DNA of 64,000 nt from Minisyncoccota bacterium (GTDB lineage Bacteria > Patescibacteriota > Minisyncoccia > Phycocordibacterales > UBA2100), in the NCBI GenBank assembly GCA_022842645.1, contig JALHPE010000002.1, positions 149,047 to 213,046 of the forward strand. Direction: 5' to 3'. The position numbers were made by a program, and so were the translations under genes. The notes below the pieces were generated by a model. That model saw only the letters and a program-made list of their open reading frames with translations. It ran no database searches and was not told the DNA's origin. Of this stretch, positions 26,149 to 36,255 are shown one piece after another. How positions within the stretch are numbered: the stretch's first letter is position 1; each line of letters starts with the position of its first letter.

Positions 26149-28749
26149 CTATTTTTTCTTGAGTACCCGCTTCAAATAATGCCCGGTGTGAGAGCCTTTT
26201 GCGTTTGCCACCTGTTCGGGCGTTCCCTTTGCAACAATAGAGCCGCCTCGCGAGCCACCTTCTGGCCCCATGTCGATGAGATAGTCTGCGGATTTTAGAA
26301 CGTCGAGATTATGCTCAATTACTACAACCGAATTCCCACGATCGACAAGGCGCTGGAGAATCTCGATAAGCTTCGCCACATCATCGTAATGAAGCCCCAC
26401 CGTTGGTTCATCTAGGAGATACATCGTTTTGTTCTGGAGGGGACGATAGAGTTCTGAGGCGATTTTCACACGCTGCGCTTCGCCGCCCGAGAGCGTCGTC
26501 GCGCTCTGCCCGAGCTCAAGATAGCCAAGCCCCACATCAGAAAGTGTTTTGATGCGGTCAGAAATTGCGGGGATGTCTTCAAAGAACGCGAGCGCTTCTT
26601 CGACCGTCATCTTCAAAATATCGTGAATGCTTTTTTTCTTGTATTTCACTTCAAGCGTCTCCTTCATAAAACGCTTTCCATTGCAGACGTCGCACGTCAC
26701 ATAGACTGTCGGCAAAAAGTGCATTTCGACCGCAATGAGACCATTTCCTTCGCATGTCTCACATCGCCCGCCTTTTCTGTTGAATGAAAATCGCCCCGGC
26801 CCCCAACCACGCGCACGCGCCTCCTCGCTCATCGCAAAAAGATCGCGAATGTGCGTCCACGCACCGGTGTAGGTGGCTGGATTTGAACGGGGAGTTCGTC
26901 CGATTGGTGATTGATCGATGAGAATGGCGCGAGAGAGATACTCAGTGCCGGAGAATTCAGCGACGTTGTAGAGCTTTGCGGTGCGATAGCGTTTATCAAA
27001 CCGCGCCTGCATGTTGCGATGCAGAATTTCGTAGAGAAACGTGGATTTCCCCGAGCCTGAGACGCCAGAAATGACCACAAGCTTACCCAGGGGAATATCT
27101 ACATCCTGGTTTTTAATTGAAAATTTATTCGCGCCGCGAATTTTTAACTTGCCTTTATCTTGGCTACGACGCTCTTTCGGCACCTCGACGGACGCTTCCT
27201 CGCGAAGGTACGCGAGCGTACGCGAACCACTTTTGTTTGTCTTTGCCGTAAGCAAATCCTCAAGCCAGCCAGAAGCGACGATGTTTCCGCCGTGAATACC
27301 CGCGCCCGGACCAATATCCACAATGTAGTCCGATGCAAAAATAGTGTCTTCGTCGTGCTCAACAACAAGAACAGTGTTTCCCAAATCGCGCAGGCGCTGA
27401 AGGGTTTTTATGAGGCGTTCGTTATCACGCTGATGAAGCCCGATTGTCGGTTCATCTAACACATACAAGGCGCCCACGAGCCCACTTCCGAGCTGCGAGG
27501 CAAGACGAATACGCTGTGCTTCGCCGCCGGAGAGCGTGGAGGCTCTACGATCGAGCGTGAGGTATTCGATGCCCACGTTGAGCATAAACTGAATACGGCT
27601 TGTAATTTCTTTAATGACTGCCTTTGATATTTCTTTTTCTTTTTCGGAAAGACTCAGTCCATCAAAAAATTTCTTCGCGTCTTCGATAGACATGGAAACT
27701 ATTTCCACGATATTCTTTCGCCCCTCTTCCTTTCCCTCCTTGGTTTTAAGAAAGACATGAAGCGCTTCAGAACGAAGGCGGGCACCATTACATGCCTCAC
27801 AAGGCTCGTCGCCCCACACGTATTTCGTGCCGAGTCCATTACACGTAGGGCATGCGCCATACGGCGAGTTGAATGAAAAGAGACGTGGCTCCACTTCCGG
27901 AAATGAAAAGCCGTCGTATGGGCACATGAACTTCGCCGAGACAATGCGCTCTGCACCATTTGGCTCGACAATCTTGACCAACCCTTCCGACTCACTGAGC
28001 GCACGTTCAATCGCTTCCGAGACGCGTTCGTGCGCCGCTTTCGGATCATCGGCAAATTCGCTCACAAAAAGCTCGTCAACGACGATATCGATGGAGTGCT
28101 TGAAATGCTTTTTAAGCTCAATACGCTCGCGGAGCGAGTGCTCTTTTCCATCCACGACCGCCTTCTCGAACCCCTTGTTCAGCATGTCGTAGAGGAGTTG
28201 GTAATACTCGCCTTTTCGCCCCACCACAACGGGCGCAAGAATGCGCACTTTTGCTTTCGTCACGCCCGCGGTGAGCGCGTTCGGATTCGCTTTCTTTAAA
28301 TTCTTACTGGTGGTTTCCACAATTTTTACCACCGACTCAAGAATCTCTTCGTTTGAGAGTTTGCGCACTTCCCTGTCGCAGGTAGGACAATGCGGGTGCC
28401 CGATGCGCGAGTAAAGCACGCGCAGGTAGTCATAAATTTCTGTAATAGTTGCCACCGTCGAACGCGGATTGTTAGAGCGTGATTTTTGGTCAATAGAAAT
28501 TGCGGGAGAAAGTCCAGAAATTTCGTCCACATCCGGTTTTTGCATCTGCCGGAGGAATTGGCGCGCGTAGGCGGAGAGAGACTCCACATATTTGCGCTGA
28601 CCCTCGGCGAAAATGGTATCGAATGCCAGAGACGACTTTCCGCTTCCGGAAAGCCCCGTGAACACCACCATTTTATTGCGCGGCACTTCAACACTCACGT
28701 TTTTGAGGTTGTGAGTCCGCGCACCTTTGACAATGATTTTGTCTTCCAT
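26149..28749 (-). CDS. uvrA: excinuclease ABC subunit A
   Basis: Two ABC ATPase modules ([12 protein letters not shown]; [10 protein letters not shown]) and zinc-finger Cys pairs; start [17 protein letters not shown] (ATG 28749). Confidence 0.9.
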   Translation of the reverse strand: MEDKIIVKGARTHNLKNVSVEVPRNKMVVFTGLSGSGKSSLAFDTIFAEGQRKYVESLSAYARQFLRQMQKPDVDEISGLSPAISIDQKSRSNNPRSTVATITEIYDYLRVLYSRIGHPHCPTCDREVRKLSNEEILESVVKIVETTSKNLKKANPNALTAGVTKAKVRILAPVVVGRKGEYYQLLYDMLNKGFEKAVVDGKEHSLRERIELKKHFKHSIDIVVDELFVSEFADDPKAAHERVSEAIERALSESEGLVKIVEPNGAERIVSAKFMCPYDGFSFPEVEPRLFSFNSPYGACPTCNGLGTKYVWGDEPCEACNGARLRSEALHVFLKTKEGKEEGRKNIVEIVSMSIEDAKKFFDGLSLSEKEKEISKAVIKEITSRIQFMLNVGIEYLTLDRRASTLSGGEAQRIRLASQLGSGLVGALYVLDEPTIGLHQRDNERLIKTLQRLRDLGNTVLVVEHDEDTIFASDYIVDIGPGAGIHGGNIVASGWLEDLLTAKTNKSGSRTLAYLREEASVEVPKERRSQDKGKLKIRGANKFSIKNQDVDIPLGKLVVISGVSGSGKSTFLYEILHRNMQARFDKRYRTAKLYNVAEFSGTEYLSRAILIDQSPIGRTPRSNPATYTGAWTHIRDLFAMSEEARARGWGPGRFSFNRKGGRCETCEGNGLIAVEMHFLPTVYVTCDVCNGKRFMKETLEVKYKKKSIHDILKMTVEEALAFFEDIPAISDRIKTLSDVGLGYLELGQSATTLSGGEAQRVKIASELYRPLQNKTMYLLDEPTVGLHYDDVAKLIEILQRLVDRGNSVVVIEHNLDVLKSADYLIDMGPEGGSRGGSIVAKGTPEQVANAKGSHTGHYLKRVLKKK

Positions 28750-28788
28750 GTAAATCCGCCCCCTCGTTCGAGATAGGGGGTAGGTGCA

Positions 28789-28830
28789 AAGATTATACCA
28801 TAAACCCGGACGCTCTGCGCCCGGGTTTAT
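28789..28830 (-). promoter_or_regulatory. hairpin plus possible extended -10 (TGGTATAAT on the minus strand) about 40 nt upstream of uvrA
   Basis: Minus-strand sense reads ...AAACCCGGGCGCAGAGCGTCCGGGTTTATGGTATAATC. Confidence 0.3.
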
Positions 28831-29061
28831 TTTTTCTATTTCGTAGCAATACGAGCAATTTGTTGCACTGCCCGAATCTGTATAAGGGCGGGGCTCCACT
28901 GCGTGACTGTTGTCGCGATTGTAGTTGCAACAATGCGCACAGAAGTGTTTGCAAGAACTACCACAGAGGCAGACATCATCAATGTTTCTCTTCGTGTCAA
29001 CATCGGTTTTCTCCCTGTTGCTTCCGGAAGTCTAGTATGGCTAGAGAAACGGGTCAATATT

Positions 29062-29973
29062 TCAAAGCACCACCGCTTCCTCCTGCAGAACAACTTCGAA
29101 CTGATCTTTCACCGCTTTCTTTATCTTCTCCGCAAGTTCTCGCACCTCACTCGCCTTTGCTGAACCGGATTCATTTACCAGATAATTAGGATGCATCGTG
29201 CTTGAGAGTGCACCGCCGACGCGAGCACCTTTCATACCCGCTTTTTCAATAAGCCACCCTGCGGGCACCCGCCCGCCACGACTTTGCATTCCCTTCTCAG
29301 ATTCAAACTTGGCAACAACTGCGGCAGACGCGACCGGATTCATAAAATACGAACCTGCGGCTCGCACATTCTGAATATGGCGCTTCTCGCGCTCCGCTAT
29401 TGTTTCGTCGATGAGATGTTTCTGTGGTTCTCCGAGCGCCACACGTACACGAAGTATGAGAAGTTCCGGATGCTTTTTGAAATGACTCGTGCGGTACTCA
29501 AACGCACATTCAGTGTTCGAGAATTCATGTATCTCAAGTGTGTTCGTATCCAATACTTGCACCCACGTAACGAAATCTTTTATTTCAGAACCAAACGCTC
29601 CCGCATTCCCTCGCACAGCGCCTCCTAAGGAGCCGGGAATCCCCGAAAGTTTCTCGCACCCACCTAAACCTTCTCCAGCTGCCGCGCAAATAAGTGAAAG
29701 CAAATTACACCCCGCGTCTGCCTCAAGGGTTCTCTCAACAAAACTAAAAGCACTGCTCACAATATGAATTACAAGCCCGTTAAAGCCCTCGTCAGGAATA
29801 AGGAGATTACTTCCGCCCCCCATCACAAAGAATTTCTCGCCATGCTCACGCGCCCAAAGAATCGCCTCGCGAATCTCCTCTTCATTCTTGACCTCCACAA
29901 AATACTTCGCCGCCCCGCCGATCTGGAAGGTGGTGAGATTAGAAAGTGGCTTGTTTTCTATGATATTGAGCAT
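29062..29973 (-). CDS. murB: UDP-N-acetylenolpyruvoylglucosamine reductase
   Basis: FAD-binding N-terminus (LSNLTTFQIGGAAKYFVEV...VMGGGSNLLI); MurB C-terminal domain. Confidence 0.85.
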   Translation of the reverse strand: MLNIIENKPLSNLTTFQIGGAAKYFVEVKNEEEIREAILWAREHGEKFFVMGGGSNLLIPDEGFNGLVIHIVSSAFSFVERTLEADAGCNLLSLICAAAGEGLGGCEKLSGIPGSLGGAVRGNAGAFGSEIKDFVTWVQVLDTNTLEIHEFSNTECAFEYRTSHFKKHPELLILRVRVALGEPQKHLIDETIAEREKRHIQNVRAAGSYFMNPVASAAVVAKFESEKGMQSRGGRVPAGWLIEKAGMKGARVGGALSSTMHPNYLVNESGSAKASEVRELAEKIKKAVKDQFEVVLQEEAVVL

Positions 29974-29975
29974 AT

Positions 29976-31994
29976 TTATTTCTTCGCCTCCAATTTCCGC
30001 AATTCATCACGAATGAGCGCCGCGGTTTCAAAATCCAATCGATCTGATGCCTCGTGCATTTCCAGACGCTTCTGTTTGATGAGTTTTTTCACGTCTCCTC
30101 CGAACGCATTCTTGTCGAGTTCGGCGAGTTGACCGACTGCCTTTTCCCGAGCACGCTGAATGTCGCCGATGATGTCGTGGATTTTCTTCGCGACGGTTTT
30201 CGGTGTGATGTTGTGCTTCGTATTGTAGGCAATTTGTTTTTCACGACGGCGATTCGTTTCCCCAATCGCACGCTCCATAGAGCCGGTCATATTATCTGCG
30301 TACAAAATGACCCGACCGAGAACGTTGCGCGCCGCGCGACCGATTGTTTGAATGAGCGAGGTCTCAGAGCGCAGGAACCCTTCTTTATCAGCATCGAGGA
30401 TGGCGACGAGCTCCACCTCGGGAAGGTCGAGTCCTTCGCGCAGGAGATTCACACCCACAATGACATCAAAAAGACCCTTTCTAAAATCGGTGAGTGTCTC
30501 GATGCGCTCAATGGTCTTCACGTCCGAGTGAATATAGCGCGCGTTGATTTTTTTCTCTTTCAGGAATTCATTCAAATCCTCTGCCATTTTTTTGGTAAGG
30601 ACAGTCACCATCGAGCGCCCGCCGCGCTTCGTAACGATTTCCGCTTCGCGAATAAAATCGCGCACCTGTCCTTCGTAGTCGCCCTTTGCAACGATGGGAC
30701 GCAGAACGATTTCGGGATCAATGAGTCCTGTCGGGCGGATAATCATCTCGGTCATCTTTCCGCTTTTCTCTATCTCGTATTTTCCTGGTGTCGCCGAAGT
30801 ATAAATAGTCTGCCCTGTCTCTTTCAAAAATTCGTCGAATTTGAGTGGGCGATTATCAACCGCGCTCGGAAGGCGAAAACCGTGCTCGATGAGGGTGAGC
30901 TTGCGCGCCCGATCCCCCGCATACATGGCTCCAATCTGGGGCACCGTGACGTGTGATTCATCGATGATGGTGAGGAAATCCGCTGTACCGTCGGGTTTGT
31001 GCGGAAAATAGCTTAGCAGCGTGTAGGACGGCTCACCCGGCTTTCGGCGGTCGAAATGCCGTGAGTAGTTTTCAATACCATTACAGAATCCAAATTCCTT
31101 TATCATCGCCACATCTTGTCGGGTGCGGCGTTTGAGGCGTTCTGCTTCGAGAATCTTTTTATCTCTATCCAGCTCCTTGAGGCGTTCCTTCAACTCTGCC
31201 TCAATGTCTGCCACCGCCGCATCAACGACGTCTTTTGGCGTCACATACTGCTTTGCGGGAAATAGAAATATCTCAGGAAGTTCTGAAGAGATCGCACGCG
31301 TGATGTGATCCATCTCTTCTATCTTAGAAATAACGCCGCCTGTTAGATCAATGCGCAAAATCACCCGAAGCCCGGCGGGCATAATCTCGACATAGGAACC
31401 AAGCGCACGGAATGTGCCAGGCGAAAGGTCACCGGTAGTCCGCTCGAAGTACATCGAGATGAGCTTTCGTGTGAACGCAGCACGCGTCATCGGCTCACCC
31501 TTCACCAGTTTCAGTATGTACTTTTCGTATTCCCGCGGATTACCGAGGCCGTAAATGCAAGACACTGATGCCACAATGATCACGTCTTTGCGTGTGAGAA
31601 GCGCTTCGGTTGCTGCGTGGCGGAGACGTTCGATGTCTTCGTTGATCATTGCCTCTTTCTCGATGTAGGTGTCCGTCACCGGCATATAGGCTTCCGGTTG
31701 GTAGTAGTCGTAATAAGAAACGAAATAGTGAACGGCATGCTTCGGGAAAAATTCGCGATACTCGGCCGCAAGCTGTGCCGCGAGTGTTTTGTTGTGCGCA
31801 ATAACGAGTGTCGGCTTACCCCATGTTTCTATAACATTCGCAATGGTGTAGGTTTTACCCGATCCGGTGACTCCGAGAAGCGTTTGGTCTCGCTTCCCTG
31901 CGTGCAGCCCCTCAACAAGTGCAGAAATAGCCGCGGGCTGGTCGCCCGCAGGTTTATATCCACTTTCCAGATTAAAGAGTGATTGCGCTTTCAC
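29976..31994 (-). CDS. uvrB: excinuclease ABC subunit B
   Basis: Helicase motifs (GVTGSGKT); beta-hairpin region; C-terminal UVR domain (ALIRDELRKLE). Confidence 0.9.
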   Translation of the reverse strand: MKAQSLFNLESGYKPAGDQPAAISALVEGLHAGKRDQTLLGVTGSGKTYTIANVIETWGKPTLVIAHNKTLAAQLAAEYREFFPKHAVHYFVSYYDYYQPEAYMPVTDTYIEKEAMINEDIERLRHAATEALLTRKDVIIVASVSCIYGLGNPREYEKYILKLVKGEPMTRAAFTRKLISMYFERTTGDLSPGTFRALGSYVEIMPAGLRVILRIDLTGGVISKIEEMDHITRAISSELPEIFLFPAKQYVTPKDVVDAAVADIEAELKERLKELDRDKKILEAERLKRRTRQDVAMIKEFGFCNGIENYSRHFDRRKPGEPSYTLLSYFPHKPDGTADFLTIIDESHVTVPQIGAMYAGDRARKLTLIEHGFRLPSAVDNRPLKFDEFLKETGQTIYTSATPGKYEIEKSGKMTEMIIRPTGLIDPEIVLRPIVAKGDYEGQVRDFIREAEIVTKRGGRSMVTVLTKKMAEDLNEFLKEKKINARYIHSDVKTIERIETLTDFRKGLFDVIVGVNLLREGLDLPEVELVAILDADKEGFLRSETSLIQTIGRAARNVLGRVILYADNMTGSMERAIGETNRRREKQIAYNTKHNITPKTVAKKIHDIIGDIQRAREKAVGQLAELDKNAFGGDVKKLIKQKRLEMHEASDRLDFETAALIRDELRKLEAKK

Positions 31995-32253
31995 GATAGC
32001 AATGGTATTTCTTTTGTAGGCTTAGCGCAACGAGGGAGCGTGCTATGACTCGTCATAAAAAGCCTAAAAAACTAAAAGGAGATCGGGTAGATATAAGTAT
32101 TTTAAAAGCATCTGATTTCCCCAATGCACCTCCGCTCCTTGCACGCATGTATGCAGGAACGGTTGCGCATACGGTGAAAGCAAAACGCTACGCACAGGTA
32201 GCAGACGGCCATGACTAGATTTCGGCGACCCTATGTGGGTCGCCTCTTCTTTT

Positions 32254-33501
32254 CTACTCTAAAACCAATACGGCAACGTTCTTCTTGCCTCTCCTTACAA
32301 GCGCAAGACCACTTTCGAAATCAGATTCCTCAAGTACGCGTTCAAGATCCTGTACTACCGTGCTTCCGAGTGTTATTGCACCATCTTCGATGAATTGCCG
32401 TGCTTCGCGCTTCGAAGACGCAAGGCCAGATTCCACAAGCACATCAATGATTGATTTACCGAGCTTGATGCCCGTACTTGGTGCTTCTTCAGCAAGCAAC
32501 GCACGCGCTTCTTTTGACACTTCAGCAAGCGACCTCTCCCCAAAGAGCATCGCGGACACACTCGCCGCATTCTCTGCCGACTCACCACCATGCACGAGTG
32601 TGGTTACCGCACGTGCAAGCTCTTTCTGCGCCGTACGCGTGCCGGGAGAAGCGCGATGCGCGGTCATAATACTTTCTACTTCATGATACGGGAGGAGCGT
32701 GAGCTTCAAGAGTAACTCCTCGATCGCGTCGTCTTCAACGTTCAAAAAGAATTGGAAAAATTGATACGGAGACGTCTTTTTCGGATCAAGCCAGATGGCA
32801 CCTTGTTCGCTCTTTCCGAATTTCTTGCCAGTTGATTTGTTCACAATAAGCGGCCAGGTGAGGGCAAAAACTTCTTTCCCCTCTTTCCGTCGAATAAATT
32901 CGACGCCGGCAAGAATGTTTGACCACTGATCTGAACCGCCCACTTGTACATCGACCCCGTGTTCCTGATTCAAATGCAAAAAGTCGTAGCCCTGCAGAAG
33001 TGAGTAACTAAACTCGGTGAAAGAAATGGGAGACTCGGCATCAAGACGATTCTTCACGATGTCTTTTTTGATCATCGCATTTACGGTGAAGTGTTTGCCG
33101 ATGTCGCGGAGGAACGGCAGGAGTTTGAGTTTCGAGAGCCACTCCGCATTATTCACCTCGATAAAATCAGATGAGCCAAATACTTGGCGAATTTGTTTTG
33201 CAACGGCTTCGGTGTTGTGAGTGATAGTCTCTTCATCCAGCAAATTCCGTTCCTCACTCTTTCCTCCAGGATCGCCTATCATCCCCGTACCCCCTCCGGT
33301 GAGGATCACTACACGATGCCCATCTTCAAGAAAGCGACGAAGCACAAGGAGACCCACGAGATTGCCCACATGAAGAGAGTCTGCGCTTGGATCAATACCG
33401 AGATAGACGGTGCGCTTTTCGCCATCAGTAATCACCTCGAGTGTTTCCGAAGAATATTGATGGACGAGGCCGCGTTCACGAAGAATATGAGAAAGACTCA
33501 T
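32254..33501 (-). CDS. tyrS: tyrosine--tRNA ligase
   Basis: HIGH-type motif DSLHVGNLV; KFGKS (KMSKS variant); C-terminal S4-like domain. Confidence 0.85.
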   Translation of the reverse strand: MSLSHILRERGLVHQYSSETLEVITDGEKRTVYLGIDPSADSLHVGNLVGLLVLRRFLEDGHRVVILTGGGTGMIGDPGGKSEERNLLDEETITHNTEAVAKQIRQVFGSSDFIEVNNAEWLSKLKLLPFLRDIGKHFTVNAMIKKDIVKNRLDAESPISFTEFSYSLLQGYDFLHLNQEHGVDVQVGGSDQWSNILAGVEFIRRKEGKEVFALTWPLIVNKSTGKKFGKSEQGAIWLDPKKTSPYQFFQFFLNVEDDAIEELLLKLTLLPYHEVESIMTAHRASPGTRTAQKELARAVTTLVHGGESAENAASVSAMLFGERSLAEVSKEARALLAEEAPSTGIKLGKSIIDVLVESGLASSKREARQFIEDGAITLGSTVVQDLERVLEESDFESGLALVRRGKKNVAVLVLE

Positions 33502-33755
33502 GCGGCGAAATATACCACAAAAAGAGGCTGCGTTACCGCAGCCTGAGTTTCGGAACGAGGGATGTGCCAGTGGTGGCATTCGACTGACGTGAGTCCCCCG
33601 ATCCGTACTACCAAGAGTACCACGAGCATGAAAAAGGGCCGCACACCATTGCGGCCCAGGAGGGAGTCAGGAGTTATCCCGACGAGAGGAGGAAAGTAGT
33701 CGCCGAACCACTTTCCCAACTCCGTTTTCAAGAATAATTAATCGGTATCATGATG

Positions 33756-34145
33756 TCAAATACGTCGGCGCATGTCTTCGCGAAAACGAACTTCGTGTTC
33801 ATCCATCCCGAAATGGTGGGCGAACTCGTGCCAAATCGTCTCTGCAATCACTTGAGCAACAGGGATGCCGTCTTCTTCTGACGCTTGTTCAATCGACTTT
33901 TTATAGAGCGTAATAGTATCTGGCATCGTACCGCCGATTCCATAGTGTTCACCGCGTTCAGAAAGTGGAATGCCCTGGTAGTAGCCAAGAAGCGTCTCGT
34001 CCGATTCCAATCCCTCCCGTTTTCGCACTTCTTTTGAAGGCTCATCTTCAATGAGGAGTGCAACATTCTTGATTTTCCCTCGCACCCATTCCGGAAGCTT
34101 CGCGTAGCCTTCTGCAATCAAAGTCTCAAAATCGTCTTTTGGCAT
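33756..34145 (-). CDS. zincin-like metallopeptidase family protein (DUF1025-like)
   Basis: HEFAHHFG metal-binding motif in a C-terminal region with the expected family size. Confidence 0.5.
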   Translation of the reverse strand: MPKDDFETLIAEGYAKLPEWVRGKIKNVALLIEDEPSKEVRKREGLESDETLLGYYQGIPLSERGEHYGIGGTMPDTITLYKKSIEQASEEDGIPVAQVIAETIWHEFAHHFGMDEHEVRFREDMRRRI

Positions 34146-34197
34146 GCACACCACTCTACAAAACAAACCGCCCAGCGCAAAGACTGGGCGGTCAGGT

Positions 34198-34803
34198 TCA
34201 TGAGATATATCCATGCGCACGCATGAGGGGTGCGAATGTCTTTTCCCGATATTCTCGCTTATGCGCATAATACACTGTGGCTTTCTCGGCGGTGATGATG
34301 TGTGGAGAAAGTCGGAGTGCAGTGATAAGCATGTAATATACCGCACGCGCAGTCCTGCCATTTGCACTCTTGAAAGGCTCGAGGGAAATGATGAAATCGT
34401 GCTGATCCCATACCCAGGCACGTTGTCGCTCTTCATCCCACCTCATGACGCGCACAATGTCCCTCTGCACCCCAAACCACCACATAAGCAACAATGTCCT
34501 CACATACCGCGCATCAGGCAAGTATTCAGCTTCCGCCGCGCGCGTTCCCCGACGATACTGGGCGCGTTCGCGATGTCCGCAGAGGTCCATGTTTATGATG
34601 AGCGGATGCGTGAGTGCACCTGTCGTGCAACTCAGAATATCCCGCAATATGCGACAGTGTAGATTAAATTGCTCGTCGTGTTTTTGTGGATCAAATCCAC
34701 TGATGAGCGCACTCTCCCGAGCCGCTTCTTCCGCGATGCTTTTCCAATCCATGCCTGATTCTCCTTCTAGTTTCTGGAACAGATCTGCATCCACTCTAGC
34801 CAA
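34198..34803 (-). CDS. Fic/Doc-family-like protein with non-canonical motif
   Basis: EPFKSANGRTAR aligns to the Fic motif HPFx(D/E)GNGRxxR but with the catalytic His replaced. Confidence 0.35.
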   Translation of the reverse strand: MARVDADLFQKLEGESGMDWKSIAEEAARESALISGFDPQKHDEQFNLHCRILRDILSCTTGALTHPLIINMDLCGHRERAQYRRGTRAAEAEYLPDARYVRTLLLMWWFGVQRDIVRVMRWDEERQRAWVWDQHDFIISLEPFKSANGRTARAVYYMLITALRLSPHIITAEKATVYYAHKREYREKTFAPLMRAHGYIS

Positions 34804-34820
34804 GAGAAACTATTCGTCAA

Positions 34821-35372
34821 CTAATGATTTGAACTAACCAATTCTGCAAAACGCTTTCGTACTTTTTCAAGCTTTGGCTCGATAACCAGTTGGCAGTAGG
34901 GCGCAGAAGTGTTTGAGGTGTAATAATTTTTGTGATAATCCTCTGCTGGAAAAAAGTCCCCGGGCGCTGACGCAAGTGGAACTACCTGCGTCACCACACG
35001 CGTGCCGTCATGGAGCGATTCGTTTACGCTTTCAATTATGCGTTCCGCAGAACGCTTCTCATCGTCGGTCTCATAAAAAATCACGGAGCGATACTGTTCG
35101 CCCACATCATTACCTTGTCTATGTGGCGTCGTGGGATCATGTGAACCGAAAAAGACCGTGAGGAGGTCATCATACGAAATCCGCGCCGGATCGTACGTAA
35201 CCCGAACAACTTCTGCATGCCCCGTATCTCCCCTACTGACCTCTTCGTAATTCGGGCTCATCACGAATCCGCCAGCGTAACCCGGCTCCACATGTACGAC
35301 ACCTTTCAACATCTTGAAGACTGCCTCAGTACACCAAAAACATCCCCCACCGAAAATTGCAGTGCGCATCAT
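34821..35372 (-). CDS. msrA: peptide-methionine (S)-S-oxide reductase
   Basis: GGGCFWCTE active-site motif. Confidence 0.9.
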   Translation of the reverse strand: MMRTAIFGGGCFWCTEAVFKMLKGVVHVEPGYAGGFVMSPNYEEVSRGDTGHAEVVRVTYDPARISYDDLLTVFFGSHDPTTPHRQGNDVGEQYRSVIFYETDDEKRSAERIIESVNESLHDGTRVVTQVVPLASAPGDFFPAEDYHKNYYTSNTSAPYCQLVIEPKLEKVRKRFAELVSSNH

Positions 35373-36253
35373 GTCTTCAGTGTAGAGACTTTATACATGG
35401 CATACAAGAGGACGAAAGCTGCGAGGTACTGACTCCAAGCGAGTACCGTACCATAAAGAACATAATCGACACCAACGGCAATGGTGGGATACGCAAGCTC
35501 CATAATCGTCGCAACAGCAACCGGAGTTGTTTGCAATCCTTTGTAGTAAATAAACAGTGCCACCATACCGGTTGAGAATGCGATGAGTGTGAGAATTGCG
35601 TATTGTGTATCAGACACCGTCAAAAGCGAGGGGGCGGCATCAAGCGCGAAAAGAAAGATGAGCGCAATGGGTACTGTAATAAGAAATCGAAGGCCGGTAA
35701 TAAAAAGTGGTGAGTGATTCAGAAGTGTGAGACGAGAGAGTGCTGTGGAACCACCCCAACATGCGGCGGCGGCGAGTGCAAGAAGCGCCGCTGTCACGTG
35801 TGCGCCATCACTCGCAAGATTAACAACGCCGAATGGGAACGTAACAAAATATCCTGCCACAAGTGCAAGAGCTGCCCAACCAAGATACGAACGCGACACC
35901 CTCTCACCCAGTACGAGCCAGGCCACTAAGACGGCAAAAAGCGGCTGAAGTTTTTGGAGGAGAATAACAACGGAAAATGATATGAAATTAACCTGAAGGA
36001 GTGCCGTAGTGAAAAAGAGTGTACCGAGCACACCAGAAAACAATGCGACAATACCAAGTGCACCCCACTCTTTTCTTGTAAGCACTTCTTTCTTCCACGT
36101 GCGAAAAAGAAAAGGCGCGAGGATAATGAGCCCAATCACGTGTTCAAGAAGTACGATTGTGATTGGTGGGAGCGAGTAGAGCGAGCGGCGCAGGACGCCA
36201 TCCAAACCCCACAAAATGGCCGCAATAAGAATGAGAATCGCGCCGTACTGCAT
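35369..36253 (-). CDS. EamA/DMT-family transporter
   Basis: Ten predicted TM segments with two EamA-like halves. Confidence 0.6.
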   Translation of the reverse strand: MQYGAILILIAAILWGLDGVLRRSLYSLPPITIVLLEHVIGLIILAPFLFRTWKKEVLTRKEWGALGIVALFSGVLGTLFFTTALLQVNFISFSVVILLQKLQPLFAVLVAWLVLGERVSRSYLGWAALALVAGYFVTFPFGVVNLASDGAHVTAALLALAAAACWGGSTALSRLTLLNHSPLFITGLRFLITVPIALIFLFALDAAPSLLTVSDTQYAILTLIAFSTGMVALFIYYKGLQTTPVAVATIMELAYPTIAVGVDYVLYGTVLAWSQYLAAFVLLYAMYKVSTLKT

Positions 36254-36255
36254 GA

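Noticed and set aside
26829-28776. Multiple 80-120-aa ORFs on both strands inside uvrA (and similar ones inside uvrB, lysS, ftsI, tasA-like genes).
   Set aside because: They are embedded in or antisense to long, motif-rich genes and are typical of the GC skew of this genome; no independent support.
28802-28829. Hairpin as a plus-strand terminator upstream of uvrA.
   Set aside because: No plus-strand gene ends upstream of it; it is kept only as part of a tentative uvrA promoter region with low confidence.
33502-33755. T-box riboswitch upstream of tyrS.
   Set aside because: The best partial match is GTGGTAC only; there is no AGGGUGGNACCGCG box or specifier-loop architecture.
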